Source: an uncultured Gammaproteobacteria bacterium (GTDB lineage: Bacteria; Patescibacteriota; Microgenomatia; UBA8517). From it: 64,000 nt of DNA. Shown piece by piece: positions 29,239 through 37,664 of the stretch; the stretch's first letter is position 1; every line of letters begins with the position of its first letter. Under the pieces are notes generated by a model. It did not search any database, had not been told where the DNA came from, and saw nothing but the letters and a program-made list of their open reading frames with translations. The stretch is taken from assembly GCA_965231135.1 (NCBI GenBank), contig OZ246419.1, forward strand, positions 8,411-72,410, in the 5' to 3' direction. The translations under genes and the position numbers were made by a program.

Positions 29239-31608
29239 TTACAATTTTGCACGTCTTGTAATTTCGGCTTCGACTAACCTTGCGTCTTTGCCATAGCGAA
29301 GTCGGCTCATTTCTTTAATTATTTCTGCGACACGTTTATTGGCTTTTTCTTTATCTCCTTTAATATCTTTTGTGGTATCAATTGAAAAAGGCGCGACGGG
29401 CTCATTATTTACAATTGTTTTCATAAAAGCGTGATATCGTTCGACATTTAATAAATCGTCTTCTGAAAATACAGGCGTAAATTCATGAGACAAATAACTG
29501 GCATCAGTTACACCGACACGAAAAGAAATAATTGAACCGACATTTCCAAAAATAGCAGCTTTAACTTCTTCTTCAACCTGGCCGATAAACTGATTGGCAA
29601 CTGTTAATCCCAAACGATATTTTCTTGCCTCTGATAAAATGACAGCAAAATCAGGAGTCGCAAAGTTTTGAAACTCGTCAACATAAAGGAAAAAGTCGCG
29701 GCGATTTTCCATAGGAGTATCAGCTCGAGACATTGCAGCCATAAGAATGCGAGGAACTAAAATTAATCCCAAGAAATTAGAATTCTCTTCTCCTAAAGTT
29801 CCCTTTGATAAATTAATTAGCAAAATTTTTCCGGTGTCCATTACTTCTCTTAAATCAAACGAAGATTGCGACTGACCAATAATATTTCTCACCAATTTAT
29901 TGGTAACAAATCTTCCAAATTTGGAAGTAATATAATCAAGAACTTCTGATTTATGGAAATCACTTGTTTGAGCAATCTGGTCTGTCCAGTAACGCCTGAC
30001 AATTGGATCAGTAACTTGAGGCAATAATTCTTGAACATATCTGGCGTCTGTCAAAATGCGCATGACTTCAATAAAAGAAGTTTCTGGAGCGGACATTGCT
30101 GTAAGCATGGCATTTCTGACTGCGTGCTCAAAACGAGGACCAACAATACCAGTTTTATAGGGATCAAAAAGTTTATACATCATGTTAATAACGGCCGTAG
30201 CTGCAAAATGTTTTTGGTCTTCTGTTTTTGCTTCCATTAAATTTAGACCAACAGGACGCTCGGTGTCTGAAGGATTAAAGTAAATAACATCTTCGGCGCG
30301 CTCTGGAGGAATCATTTCAAGGATCTGCTCAACAGCATCGCCGTGCGGATCCATAAAACATAAACCTTTGCCTTCATTAATATCCTGAAGAATCATTTGC
30401 TTTAAAAATTCTGACTTGCCTGTTCCTGTCTTTCCAATAATGTACATATGGCGAAGACGATCTTCGTTGCCGATATAAACAGGCCTTTCAACGCCACGGT
30501 AAACGCTTTTGCCAAGATATAAACCACTGGTTGGAATTTCTGCTGGGGCCGGAGCAGTTTTTGCATTTACCCAAAAAATATGAGGAGTTGTGATTGCGCG
30601 ATTTGGAAAGTGATAAAGAGTTGCAAGTTCTTCTGAATTTAAAACTGACTTGTGATTGCCGCGGACATTGAACTCTGGCTGATAGCGATACAGAAAATCT
30701 TCCATAAACATGGATTTATTAAAAATTTTACGCCCTCCTAAGCCATTTAATTCACCGTTAAATTGTTCAAAGGTACTACTAATATTGCTTAAATGGGCTT
30801 TGGCTGATTCTTCGGTTGCCGCAACGACAACAATACGAACTGAAGTTTCAAAACCTGGTTTATTAACTTTGGTTTCTACATTTTCAAGAGATTTTCCAGA
30901 AACACTAAACTTTGCTTTTTCAGGATCACTTTCCTGCTTTTTGGTCTTACTAATGAAATCTTTTCCTTCTTTGCTCCAGGGAATTTCTGCAGGAGAGATT
31001 ACAATCTGGATTGCAGCGCCCTCACCTGCTCCCATTTTGGCAAGAGCTGAAGTCAAACTTGAAAGCGGATCGGTTGCTAGATCTTTGTAAACTCTAATTG
31101 GATTAAAGTTTGGCTTTTTTAATTGAAAAGATTTGTATGCAACTTTTCCATCTTCTGTAAAAATATTATATTCATCAACTTGTTTTACTTCAGCTTGAGG
31201 GTAAGCGCCGTGAACCTGTTTTTCAATTAAATCTACTAATTTTTTTGGCGTCCAAATATAAAACCTAATGTCTTCGGGGCGCGCTACAATTTCAAATGAA
31301 ACAACAGGCTGAACATCGTATTTTTGTTTCCAACCTCCTTTTTTAATGGAATTAAGACTAGAAAATAACTGTTCCATGGCGTCAATTTTGATGTCATTTG
31401 TTTGAGGAACTGCAATTTGAAGTAGAACTGATTTTAAAGATCTCTCTTCTCGGTGACGATTTTTGTAAAAAGTAAAACCAATGAAACCTAAAACTGCGAG
31501 AATTAAAACTGCGATACAAAAAAAGAGAGCAGCAAAAAATAATACCGGAAAGTTTATTGCCGGCAAAGAAGATACAGAAACTGGAACTGATGAACTAGTT
31601 ATTGGCAT
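29239..31608 (-). CDS. Membrane-anchored VirB4/TraG/HerA-like P-loop ATPase (CPR type)
   Basis: N-terminal TM, RHMYIIGKTGTGKS, DPHGD, LYVDEFQNF, LSEARKY, ANQFIGQ. Confidence 0.88.
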   Translation of the reverse strand: MPITSSSVPVSVSSLPAINFPVLFFAALFFCIAVLILAVLGFIGFTFYKNRHREERSLKSVLLQIAVPQTNDIKIDAMEQLFSSLNSIKKGGWKQKYDVQPVVSFEIVARPEDIRFYIWTPKKLVDLIEKQVHGAYPQAEVKQVDEYNIFTEDGKVAYKSFQLKKPNFNPIRVYKDLATDPLSSLTSALAKMGAGEGAAIQIVISPAEIPWSKEGKDFISKTKKQESDPEKAKFSVSGKSLENVETKVNKPGFETSVRIVVVAATEESAKAHLSNISSTFEQFNGELNGLGGRKIFNKSMFMEDFLYRYQPEFNVRGNHKSVLNSEELATLYHFPNRAITTPHIFWVNAKTAPAPAEIPTSGLYLGKSVYRGVERPVYIGNEDRLRHMYIIGKTGTGKSEFLKQMILQDINEGKGLCFMDPHGDAVEQILEMIPPERAEDVIYFNPSDTERPVGLNLMEAKTEDQKHFAATAVINMMYKLFDPYKTGIVGPRFEHAVRNAMLTAMSAPETSFIEVMRILTDARYVQELLPQVTDPIVRRYWTDQIAQTSDFHKSEVLDYITSKFGRFVTNKLVRNIIGQSQSSFDLREVMDTGKILLINLSKGTLGEENSNFLGLILVPRILMAAMSRADTPMENRRDFFLYVDEFQNFATPDFAVILSEARKYRLGLTVANQFIGQVEEEVKAAIFGNVGSIISFRVGVTDASYLSHEFTPVFSEDDLLNVERYHAFMKTIVNNEPVAPFSIDTTKDIKGDKEKANKRVAEIIKEMSRLRYGKDARLVEAEITRRAKL

Positions 31609-31888
31609 TTTCTTTTGCTAACATCCTCAAGAAAAATCTAGCGAGCCAAGTAGCAGCGTCATTAATAGAACCTCCCGCTTTTTGAATTAGTGAATTTCTA
31701 TCGGATGGAATCTGTATTTTAGCAGATTGAGTTCCATTTTGCGTTATAGGCTGATTATTACTATTTAAAGTGGCTTTGGGAGTTTGAGGAGTAGAAGCGA
31801 TACCTGCACTAGCTAGATTTTCCGAAAAAATTTCAGACGGGTGCTCAACTACTTTTTGATCTACTGGAATTTCCGGAGTCACGGGCAT
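31595..31888 (-). CDS. Hypothetical protein with amphipathic C-terminal helix
   Basis: Low-complexity N-terminus, AATWLARFFLRML; overlaps both neighbours. Confidence 0.6.
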   Translation of the reverse strand: MPVTPEIPVDQKVVEHPSEIFSENLASAGIASTPQTPKATLNSNNQPITQNGTQSAKIQIPSDRNSLIQKAGGSINDAATWLARFFLRMLAKENANN

Positions 31889-32438
31889 GATTTATTGTAG
31901 CACGGCCAACCCATATTTCTTCCTTAATATTTTCTTTAAAATTTACATAGCGACTAAACTGAAACATAAAATCGCTTAGTCTATTTATATACATCTTTAT
32001 ATTACCGTGAACAGATTCTAATTCGCTTAATGCAGTAATTTCTCTTTCTGCTCTTCTTGTAGCTGATCTGCAAACATGTAATTGAGCTCCTAAATTTGTT
32101 CCACCAGGCAAAATAAAATTACTAAGTTTGGGAAGCTCTTTATCCCACTCGTCAATCTTTTTCTCCAGAAAATTAGTTTTGGATTTTGAAAATTTTAAAC
32201 CAGAACCACCGAGATGGGATCCAATGGTTAAAAGATTTCTTTGAACTTCTGAAAGAAGTTTTGTGTAAGATTTATCGTTAGTAAAACTCTTGGCTAGACC
32301 AATAAAGGAATCTAATTCGTCAATTGCGCCAATTGCTCGAACCCTTAAAGATGATTTGGAAATTCTGATTTTTTGCTCAGGGTTATGAGAAAATAATCCA
32401 GTTTCTCCTTTATCACCTTTTTTAGTATAGATTGGCAT
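31845..32438 (-). CDS. pduO: PduO-type ATP:cob(I)alamin adenosyltransferase
   Basis: IYTKKGDKGET, GAIDELDS, FILPGG, CRSATRRAER, YINRLSD. Confidence 0.93.
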   Translation of the reverse strand: MPIYTKKGDKGETGLFSHNPEQKIRISKSSLRVRAIGAIDELDSFIGLAKSFTNDKSYTKLLSEVQRNLLTIGSHLGGSGLKFSKSKTNFLEKKIDEWDKELPKLSNFILPGGTNLGAQLHVCRSATRRAEREITALSELESVHGNIKMYINRLSDFMFQFSRYVNFKENIKEEIWVGRATINHARDSGNSSRSKSS

Positions 32439-32684
32439 TTATTTTACAATAGTAAACTTTTGTAAAAATTCTTCAAGAGGGCGGACCCAGACAATGCCTT
32501 TGCCATATAAGGCGCGATAAACTACTGCAACTTCTTCAGAGCTTTCTATAAAACCAACTGATTCAATAACATAATAATGGTTTGGATTTTTATAATGAAA
32601 ATAAATACCGCCAACTTTAACTTTTTTAATTCCTTTGTTTAATTTTTCTTCAAGAACATCAAATGGAGTATGAGACATTAACAC
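32439..32684 (-). CDS. DUF1653 protein
   Basis: GIYFHYK...VVYRALYG...WVRPLEEF. Confidence 0.88.
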   Translation of the reverse strand: MLMSHTPFDVLEEKLNKGIKKVKVGGIYFHYKNPNHYYVIESVGFIESSEEVAVVYRALYGKGIVWVRPLEEFLQKFTIVK

Positions 32685-35077
32685 TCAGAATAACCACAGC
32701 TATAACACTTCTTACAACCTTCTTCGAGGACTAGACTTGCCTGGCCACAGCTTGGACATAAATCTTTTTTAAGACTTGGGCTACTATTAATAGTTAACTG
32801 GGCTGATTCAACTGTTATTTCTAAACTTTGCTGAACCGCCTGAGTTTCATCTTTATGGACTGGCATAAGACCAAAATGCATTGAGATTGCTTTGGCAACA
32901 GCATCGGGAAGACTTCTCACTTTGTTTGGACCAAAGCCAACAGAACTTCCGCCGCCGATTCCCTGCAACTGCTCCACTAAATCTTTTGCTCTTTCAAGAG
33001 GAGGCATATGATTTCCAAATCTTAAAGTTGTAGAAATTAATCTTCCAATCGCTTCTGCCATTGCTGCAACTTCCGAGCCGGCTTTGCCGATTGCGACGAA
33101 AACTTCAAAGGGATTGCCATTTTGATCTTGATTTACTGTGATAAATGCACTTCCCATAGGGGTTGGAATTCTATAAGTTGCTCCTTCAACTTTGGTTGGG
33201 CGAGGTTTAATTTCAAGAGCTACAGGTGCCTCTTCTTTCTTTTCATCGACTTTTGATAAAACTCCAGTTCTGCTTCCATCTCTAAAATAAGTGACACCTT
33301 TACAACCCAATTCGTAAGCCAAGTTGTAAAGCTTTTTGACATCCTCAACACTGTGACTTTCTGGAGCATTCACAGTTTTACTTATTGATGAGTCAACATA
33401 TTCTTGAATTTTTGCCTGGACTCTGACATGTTCTTCAGGACTTAATTGACTGGCGCTTACAAAATAATCTGGAACCTTATCGCCTGGATGTTTATCAATC
33501 CATTCCTGATATAAAGGATGGTTGACTACATGTACTCCTGTTCTATCAGTTCGCTTAAAAGTAAATTCGTAAACTGGCTCAATACCTGAGCTAACTCCCG
33601 CCAATATAGAGATCGTACCAGTTGGAGCTTGGGTTAGGATAACTGCATTTCTAATGCCATTTTTCTCTATTTTTTCCTGTAATTCGACTGGAAGCTTTTT
33701 AATAAACTGGCCTTTCATATATTTTTCTTTAATAAATCCACCAAAAGGTCCTTTTTCTTTTGAAAGAGATGCTGAGGTAGAATAAGCGCTATCGCGAATT
33801 GTTTTATAAATTTTATCAATTGCTACCAAACTTTCATCACTTCCATATTTGATTCCCATTTTGATTAAAGCATCGCCAAGACCTAAAGTGCCAAGGCCTG
33901 TGCGCCTTATTTTTTTAGCAGCTTCTTCATTTTCTTTGTAGAAATAATAATTTGCATCAACAACATTATCTAAAAATCTAGTTGCAATAGCTGCGTGCTC
34001 TTTTAAAGCATCGTAATCCATTTGCCCATCTTTAACGAACATTGGCAAATTAAGATGACCTAAATTACAAACTCCCCAGGGGCCAAGGCCTTGCTCACCG
34101 CAAGGATTGGTTGCAATAATTTTTTCAAAATACCAAGTGTTGCTCATTTTGTTGTAGCGATCAATGAAAACAACTCCGGGCTCTGCAGATCTCCAGGCCG
34201 CTTTTGCAATCATTTCCCAAATATCTTTTGCTTTAACTGTTTTATAAACTTTGGTTGGATAACCTTTTTTCTGCCAAGATTTTATATCTCCATCCCATTC
34301 GTCATCATACTTTTCAAATGAAGTATCTGGGAATTTTAATTCCCAGTCTAAATCTCCCTTAACGGCAGCCATAAAATCATCTGAAACACAGACTGAAAGG
34401 TTTGCTCCAGGAATTTTACTTAGATCTTCTTTGACTGTAATGAATTCTTCAATATCTGGATGCCAATCATTAAGCATTAACATTAATGCACCGCGGCGAG
34501 AACCTCCCTGCTGGATAACATCGTGATTTGCAGTTGAATAAAGAGAAGCCCAATTAACAGGACCGCTTGATGTGCCGTTTACCTTTTTAACTCGGGCGCC
34601 GCGAGGGCGAAGTGTACTTAAATTTAAACCAACTCCACCAGCACGGGATTGAATTTCAACAGTTGTAGTTATATTTTCCATAATTCCTCCACGAGAATCT
34701 GAAGGAGACGGAATTACATAACAATTATAATAAGTAACTTCATAAGGAGTTCCGGCGCCGGATAAAATCCTTCCAGCTGGAATAAATTTGAAATCTTTCA
34801 TTGCCTGATAAAACTTTTCTTCCCAGAATTTTTGAAGTTTTGTAGCTTCTTGTTGGCTTATTCCCCATGCAACACGCCTCCACATTTGTTCTGGATATTT
34901 CTCGAGAGCTTTTCCCTCTTCGTCTTTGAGAGAATATCTATCAAGAAAAATTTCCTGTCTAAAGCCATCTAATACAGTAGGGTTTACTGGAGAGGCAAAA
35001 ACAAAATCTTTATTTAATAAATTTTTCTTAGTTTCTTTTACTTCTTTTTCTTTTTGTGTTGGAACAACTGTTGGCAT
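32678..35077 (-). CDS. nrdJ: Adenosylcobalamin-dependent (class II) ribonucleotide reductase with TSCPD/zinc-ribbon C-terminus
   Basis: PAGRIL, NCY, RRGA, TNPCGEQ, CNLG, APTGTIS, KGVTYFRDG, CPSC...EEGCKKCYSCGYSEC; adjacent PduO. Confidence 0.93.
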   Translation of the reverse strand: MPTVVPTQKEKEVKETKKNLLNKDFVFASPVNPTVLDGFRQEIFLDRYSLKDEEGKALEKYPEQMWRRVAWGISQQEATKLQKFWEEKFYQAMKDFKFIPAGRILSGAGTPYEVTYYNCYVIPSPSDSRGGIMENITTTVEIQSRAGGVGLNLSTLRPRGARVKKVNGTSSGPVNWASLYSTANHDVIQQGGSRRGALMLMLNDWHPDIEEFITVKEDLSKIPGANLSVCVSDDFMAAVKGDLDWELKFPDTSFEKYDDEWDGDIKSWQKKGYPTKVYKTVKAKDIWEMIAKAAWRSAEPGVVFIDRYNKMSNTWYFEKIIATNPCGEQGLGPWGVCNLGHLNLPMFVKDGQMDYDALKEHAAIATRFLDNVVDANYYFYKENEEAAKKIRRTGLGTLGLGDALIKMGIKYGSDESLVAIDKIYKTIRDSAYSTSASLSKEKGPFGGFIKEKYMKGQFIKKLPVELQEKIEKNGIRNAVILTQAPTGTISILAGVSSGIEPVYEFTFKRTDRTGVHVVNHPLYQEWIDKHPGDKVPDYFVSASQLSPEEHVRVQAKIQEYVDSSISKTVNAPESHSVEDVKKLYNLAYELGCKGVTYFRDGSRTGVLSKVDEKKEEAPVALEIKPRPTKVEGATYRIPTPMGSAFITVNQDQNGNPFEVFVAIGKAGSEVAAMAEAIGRLISTTLRFGNHMPPLERAKDLVEQLQGIGGGSSVGFGPNKVRSLPDAVAKAISMHFGLMPVHKDETQAVQQSLEITVESAQLTINSSPSLKKDLCPSCGQASLVLEEGCKKCYSCGYSEC

Positions 35078-35091
35078 ATTTGAAAAAAATT

Positions 35092-35117
35092 AAAAGTTTT
35101 CATATATGAAAACTTTT
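35092..35117. promoter_or_regulatory. Perfect 26-bp palindrome in the nrdJ leader
   Basis: AAAAGTTTTCATA|TATGAAAACTTTT lies between a minus-strand TTGACG-16-TAATAT promoter and the start codon, followed by a T7 run on the coding strand. Confidence 0.6.
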
Positions 35118-35182
35118 TAAGATAAATTCATATTATCTTCTCAAAATTTTTCGTCAACTGGATTTTAATAATTCAAAAGAGG

Positions 35183-35806
35183 TCAATTTAAAAGATATGG
35201 ATTTTGAGGAACTGGAAGATGTACTTCGTTTAAATTATCGCGGCCAAAACCATAAAGAGTATTTGGAGAATTTTCAATTTTAATAATTAACGGTTTAACA
35301 TTTTCCGGAGCAACAGTTGCAAGACTATTTATAACTTTTGCATGCTCAATTGTTGAAAGTGTGTATTTTTGTAAAAAATCTTTCATGTCACTACCTTCTT
35401 GTGAAGCTAAATATTCTTCCCTATTTGATTCGCTTAAATAATTTTCAGCCTTTGATAAAACAGAAAAACCTAAATTTGATTTACCTTCTTCAAATAAGAC
35501 AACTGCTGCTGCCAACCTTTTGTTGGCGAGAGCTAAATTAAGATTTGCTTTTTGAGCGGGATTTATTGTTAACAAACTCCAGACTTTATCTCTTAACGCG
35601 ATCATTGGCCAAAAAGGACTATCAGGCAAAATATGGCCTGGATAAGGAAGATTGCTAACTATTGTTAAATTTGTAGATTTTACCGGTGAAGGAGTTGGAA
35701 GATCTTGAGAAAAAGCTTGAACCTGAGAGACCCTAAGTATTGAAATTATTAGTATTAACGAAGCTAGAAGTGAACTCCCGAAAAAGAGTAATAAATTCTT
35801 AAGCAT
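35183..35806 (-). CDS. DUF5667-like exported protein
   Basis: TM, LPYPGHILPDSPFW...RD...ANKRL; ATG at 35806. Confidence 0.75.
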   Translation of the reverse strand: MLKNLLLFFGSSLLASLILIISILRVSQVQAFSQDLPTPSPVKSTNLTIVSNLPYPGHILPDSPFWPMIALRDKVWSLLTINPAQKANLNLALANKRLAAAVVLFEEGKSNLGFSVLSKAENYLSESNREEYLASQEGSDMKDFLQKYTLSTIEHAKVINSLATVAPENVKPLIIKIENSPNTLYGFGRDNLNEVHLPVPQNPYLLN

Positions 35807-35889
35807 TGGGTAAGAATAATAGTACAAACTAAGTGCAAGTACGTCAAGACAAAACAAATGCGAACACTTACTGTCGTGAAAATATCAAA

Positions 35890-36540
35890 CTATCTAAAGA
35901 GAGCAATGGGCCATTCCCAAAGAACGTGAAGAAAAATTGATGAAGATATATTTTTGGTGCGAGCATAAACAAATGCAGATCCAAGTCCAAATACAAAAGT
36001 TAAAAATAGATAAACTGCAGCCGAAAGCGGATCTAGTTTATTTACAAAAATAGTGATTGGAATATGAATTATTGTCCAGCCAATTGTTGTAATAATATTT
36101 GCCTGCCATTCGTTTCCAAGAACTGCCCAGATGCGAGTAAAAAAATAACCTCTAAAAACTATTTCTTCTGAAATTGCTGTTGCAAAGGAAATTGCAAGCG
36201 ATGTGAAAAGAGTTTCATTTCCTAAATTTGCTGCAAAATTAAATTGACCGTATTTGAAAAAATTAGCAATTACTGCTTCGATTGTGAAAAGTGCTCCTAA
36301 AAATAAACTTAAATAAATGCCTTTAAAAAGATTTTTCCAGGTTATGCCAATACTTTGTAAATTATTTTTTTCCAATTTTACTAAATAAAAAACTGGAATG
36401 ATCCAAATAACTGGCTTAATTATTATTTCTTCAACAAAATCAGGGAGCTGAAAAAGGATGCGGTAAAATCCCCACACAAGCAAAAGGAAAGTAAAAAGAA
36501 GCGTAACATGCTTAATTAATGTAGTTTTACTTACCTTCAT
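35890..36540 (-). CDS. CPBP (CAAX/Abi) intramembrane metalloprotease
   Basis: SEEIVFRGY, IIHIP, FLHVLW, multiple TMs. Confidence 0.88.
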   Translation of the reverse strand: MKVSKTTLIKHVTLLFTFLLLVWGFYRILFQLPDFVEEIIIKPVIWIIPVFYLVKLEKNNLQSIGITWKNLFKGIYLSLFLGALFTIEAVIANFFKYGQFNFAANLGNETLFTSLAISFATAISEEIVFRGYFFTRIWAVLGNEWQANIITTIGWTIIHIPITIFVNKLDPLSAAVYLFLTFVFGLGSAFVYARTKNISSSIFLHVLWEWPIALFR

Positions 36541-37030
36541 TTAACTTCATTTTACACTTATCGTAAGCTTCATCAACAGCACCAATTATCATCTCTACTC
36601 TCTTTTTTGCTTCATTAAAATCAATTGCCCGTTTTTCATCCGGGAACCAATGAAATAAAAGATTGCGGCAATTTTTCCAGGCTTCCCAAAGATTGGCACT
36701 TAGAGTTTTATCACCATTAAACATTGCTGTTAATTTATCGTAAACGCTTTCTGAGCGAAATCTTTCTTCAAGCGACGGATTTAAAGCCATACCAATCCTA
36801 AAATGTTTGCCGTAATAATCTTCACTTGTTATAAAATTTAAATCCAAAAATAATTTTTTAAGAAAACCTTCGTAAGCTTTTGCTGCTGGGAAAACTATAA
36901 AAGAATAATCATGGAAAGTGTCTTTCCATAAAGGAACGACGGCCAGGAGCTCAAAAGATTCCTCAAGAAGCTCAACTAAATCTTCTTCAAGATAATCATA
37001 CCAGGGTTTATTTTTTAAATTATCTTGCAT
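36527..37030 (-). CDS. HEPN-like protein (RNase LS/RnlA C-terminal-like)
   Basis: DYSFIVFPAAKAYEGFLKKL helix and Rx4H motif RNLLFH. Confidence 0.65.
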   Translation of the reverse strand: MQDNLKNKPWYDYLEEDLVELLEESFELLAVVPLWKDTFHDYSFIVFPAAKAYEGFLKKLFLDLNFITSEDYYGKHFRIGMALNPSLEERFRSESVYDKLTAMFNGDKTLSANLWEAWKNCRNLLFHWFPDEKRAIDFNEAKKRVEMIIGAVDEAYDKCKMKLNEGK

Positions 37031-37058
37031 TACTTAAAAAGTATAACTTCATTGATTT

Positions 37059-37640
37059 ATGATTGTAAATATAATAAGATCACGAAAACAGATGACTATT
37101 GATAGATTGAATCCAACAAGTCACGAACAAGAATTTTTAGAAAATAATTTAGAAATTAGTGATAATGGCCGTGCTACTTGGGTAAGATGGAAGTGTAATT
37201 CTGATTTAGGAACTACTTTAGAAGCTGTTAATCATTCTTTAGGCGAACTTCGTACGCAAGGTTTTCGCATTCACAATAACCTCCAAGAGTCTTTAGTTCA
37301 AGTAGTTTGCAGAAATAAACGAACAAGACAAACTTCGTGGTTTAAATATTATAAAGAAGGCCAGCTTCCTGTTGATTTAGATTTATTAAATATTCCTGAT
37401 AAAGATTGCAATCCAGTTCAAGTAGAATTTCATTCTTCTTTAATGTTTGTCCGCTTACATCTTAGTAATGTTGAAGCCAGGGAATTGTTAGAGGAAACTG
37501 CAGTCAATAAAGTTGAGGTTTTAACTCAATATAATATGAGTGGCCATATATTTGATTTAGTTAAGTCTAGTGTCAAAAATGTAGAATTTTCTGAAGATCT
37601 TCAACAACATCTTCGCAAAAGTCTATCTATTTATCCGTAA
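37059..37640 (+). CDS. Hypothetical protein (orphan)
   Basis: 193-aa ORF; the start may be the second ATG at 37092. Confidence 0.55.
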   Translation: MIVNIIRSRKQMTIDRLNPTSHEQEFLENNLEISDNGRATWVRWKCNSDLGTTLEAVNHSLGELRTQGFRIHNNLQESLVQVVCRNKRTRQTSWFKYYKEGQLPVDLDLLNIPDKDCNPVQVEFHSSLMFVRLHLSNVEARELLEETAVNKVEVLTQYNMSGHIFDLVKSSVKNVEFSEDLQQHLRKSLSIYP

Positions 37641-37664
37641 AGATGGTTTGAGTTATAATTAGTA

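Noticed and set aside
29239-31608. VirB4/TraG-like ATPase as evidence for a conjugative element
   Set aside because: No relaxase, other T4SS genes or att sites; it lies among housekeeping genes, as is usual in CPR chromosomes.
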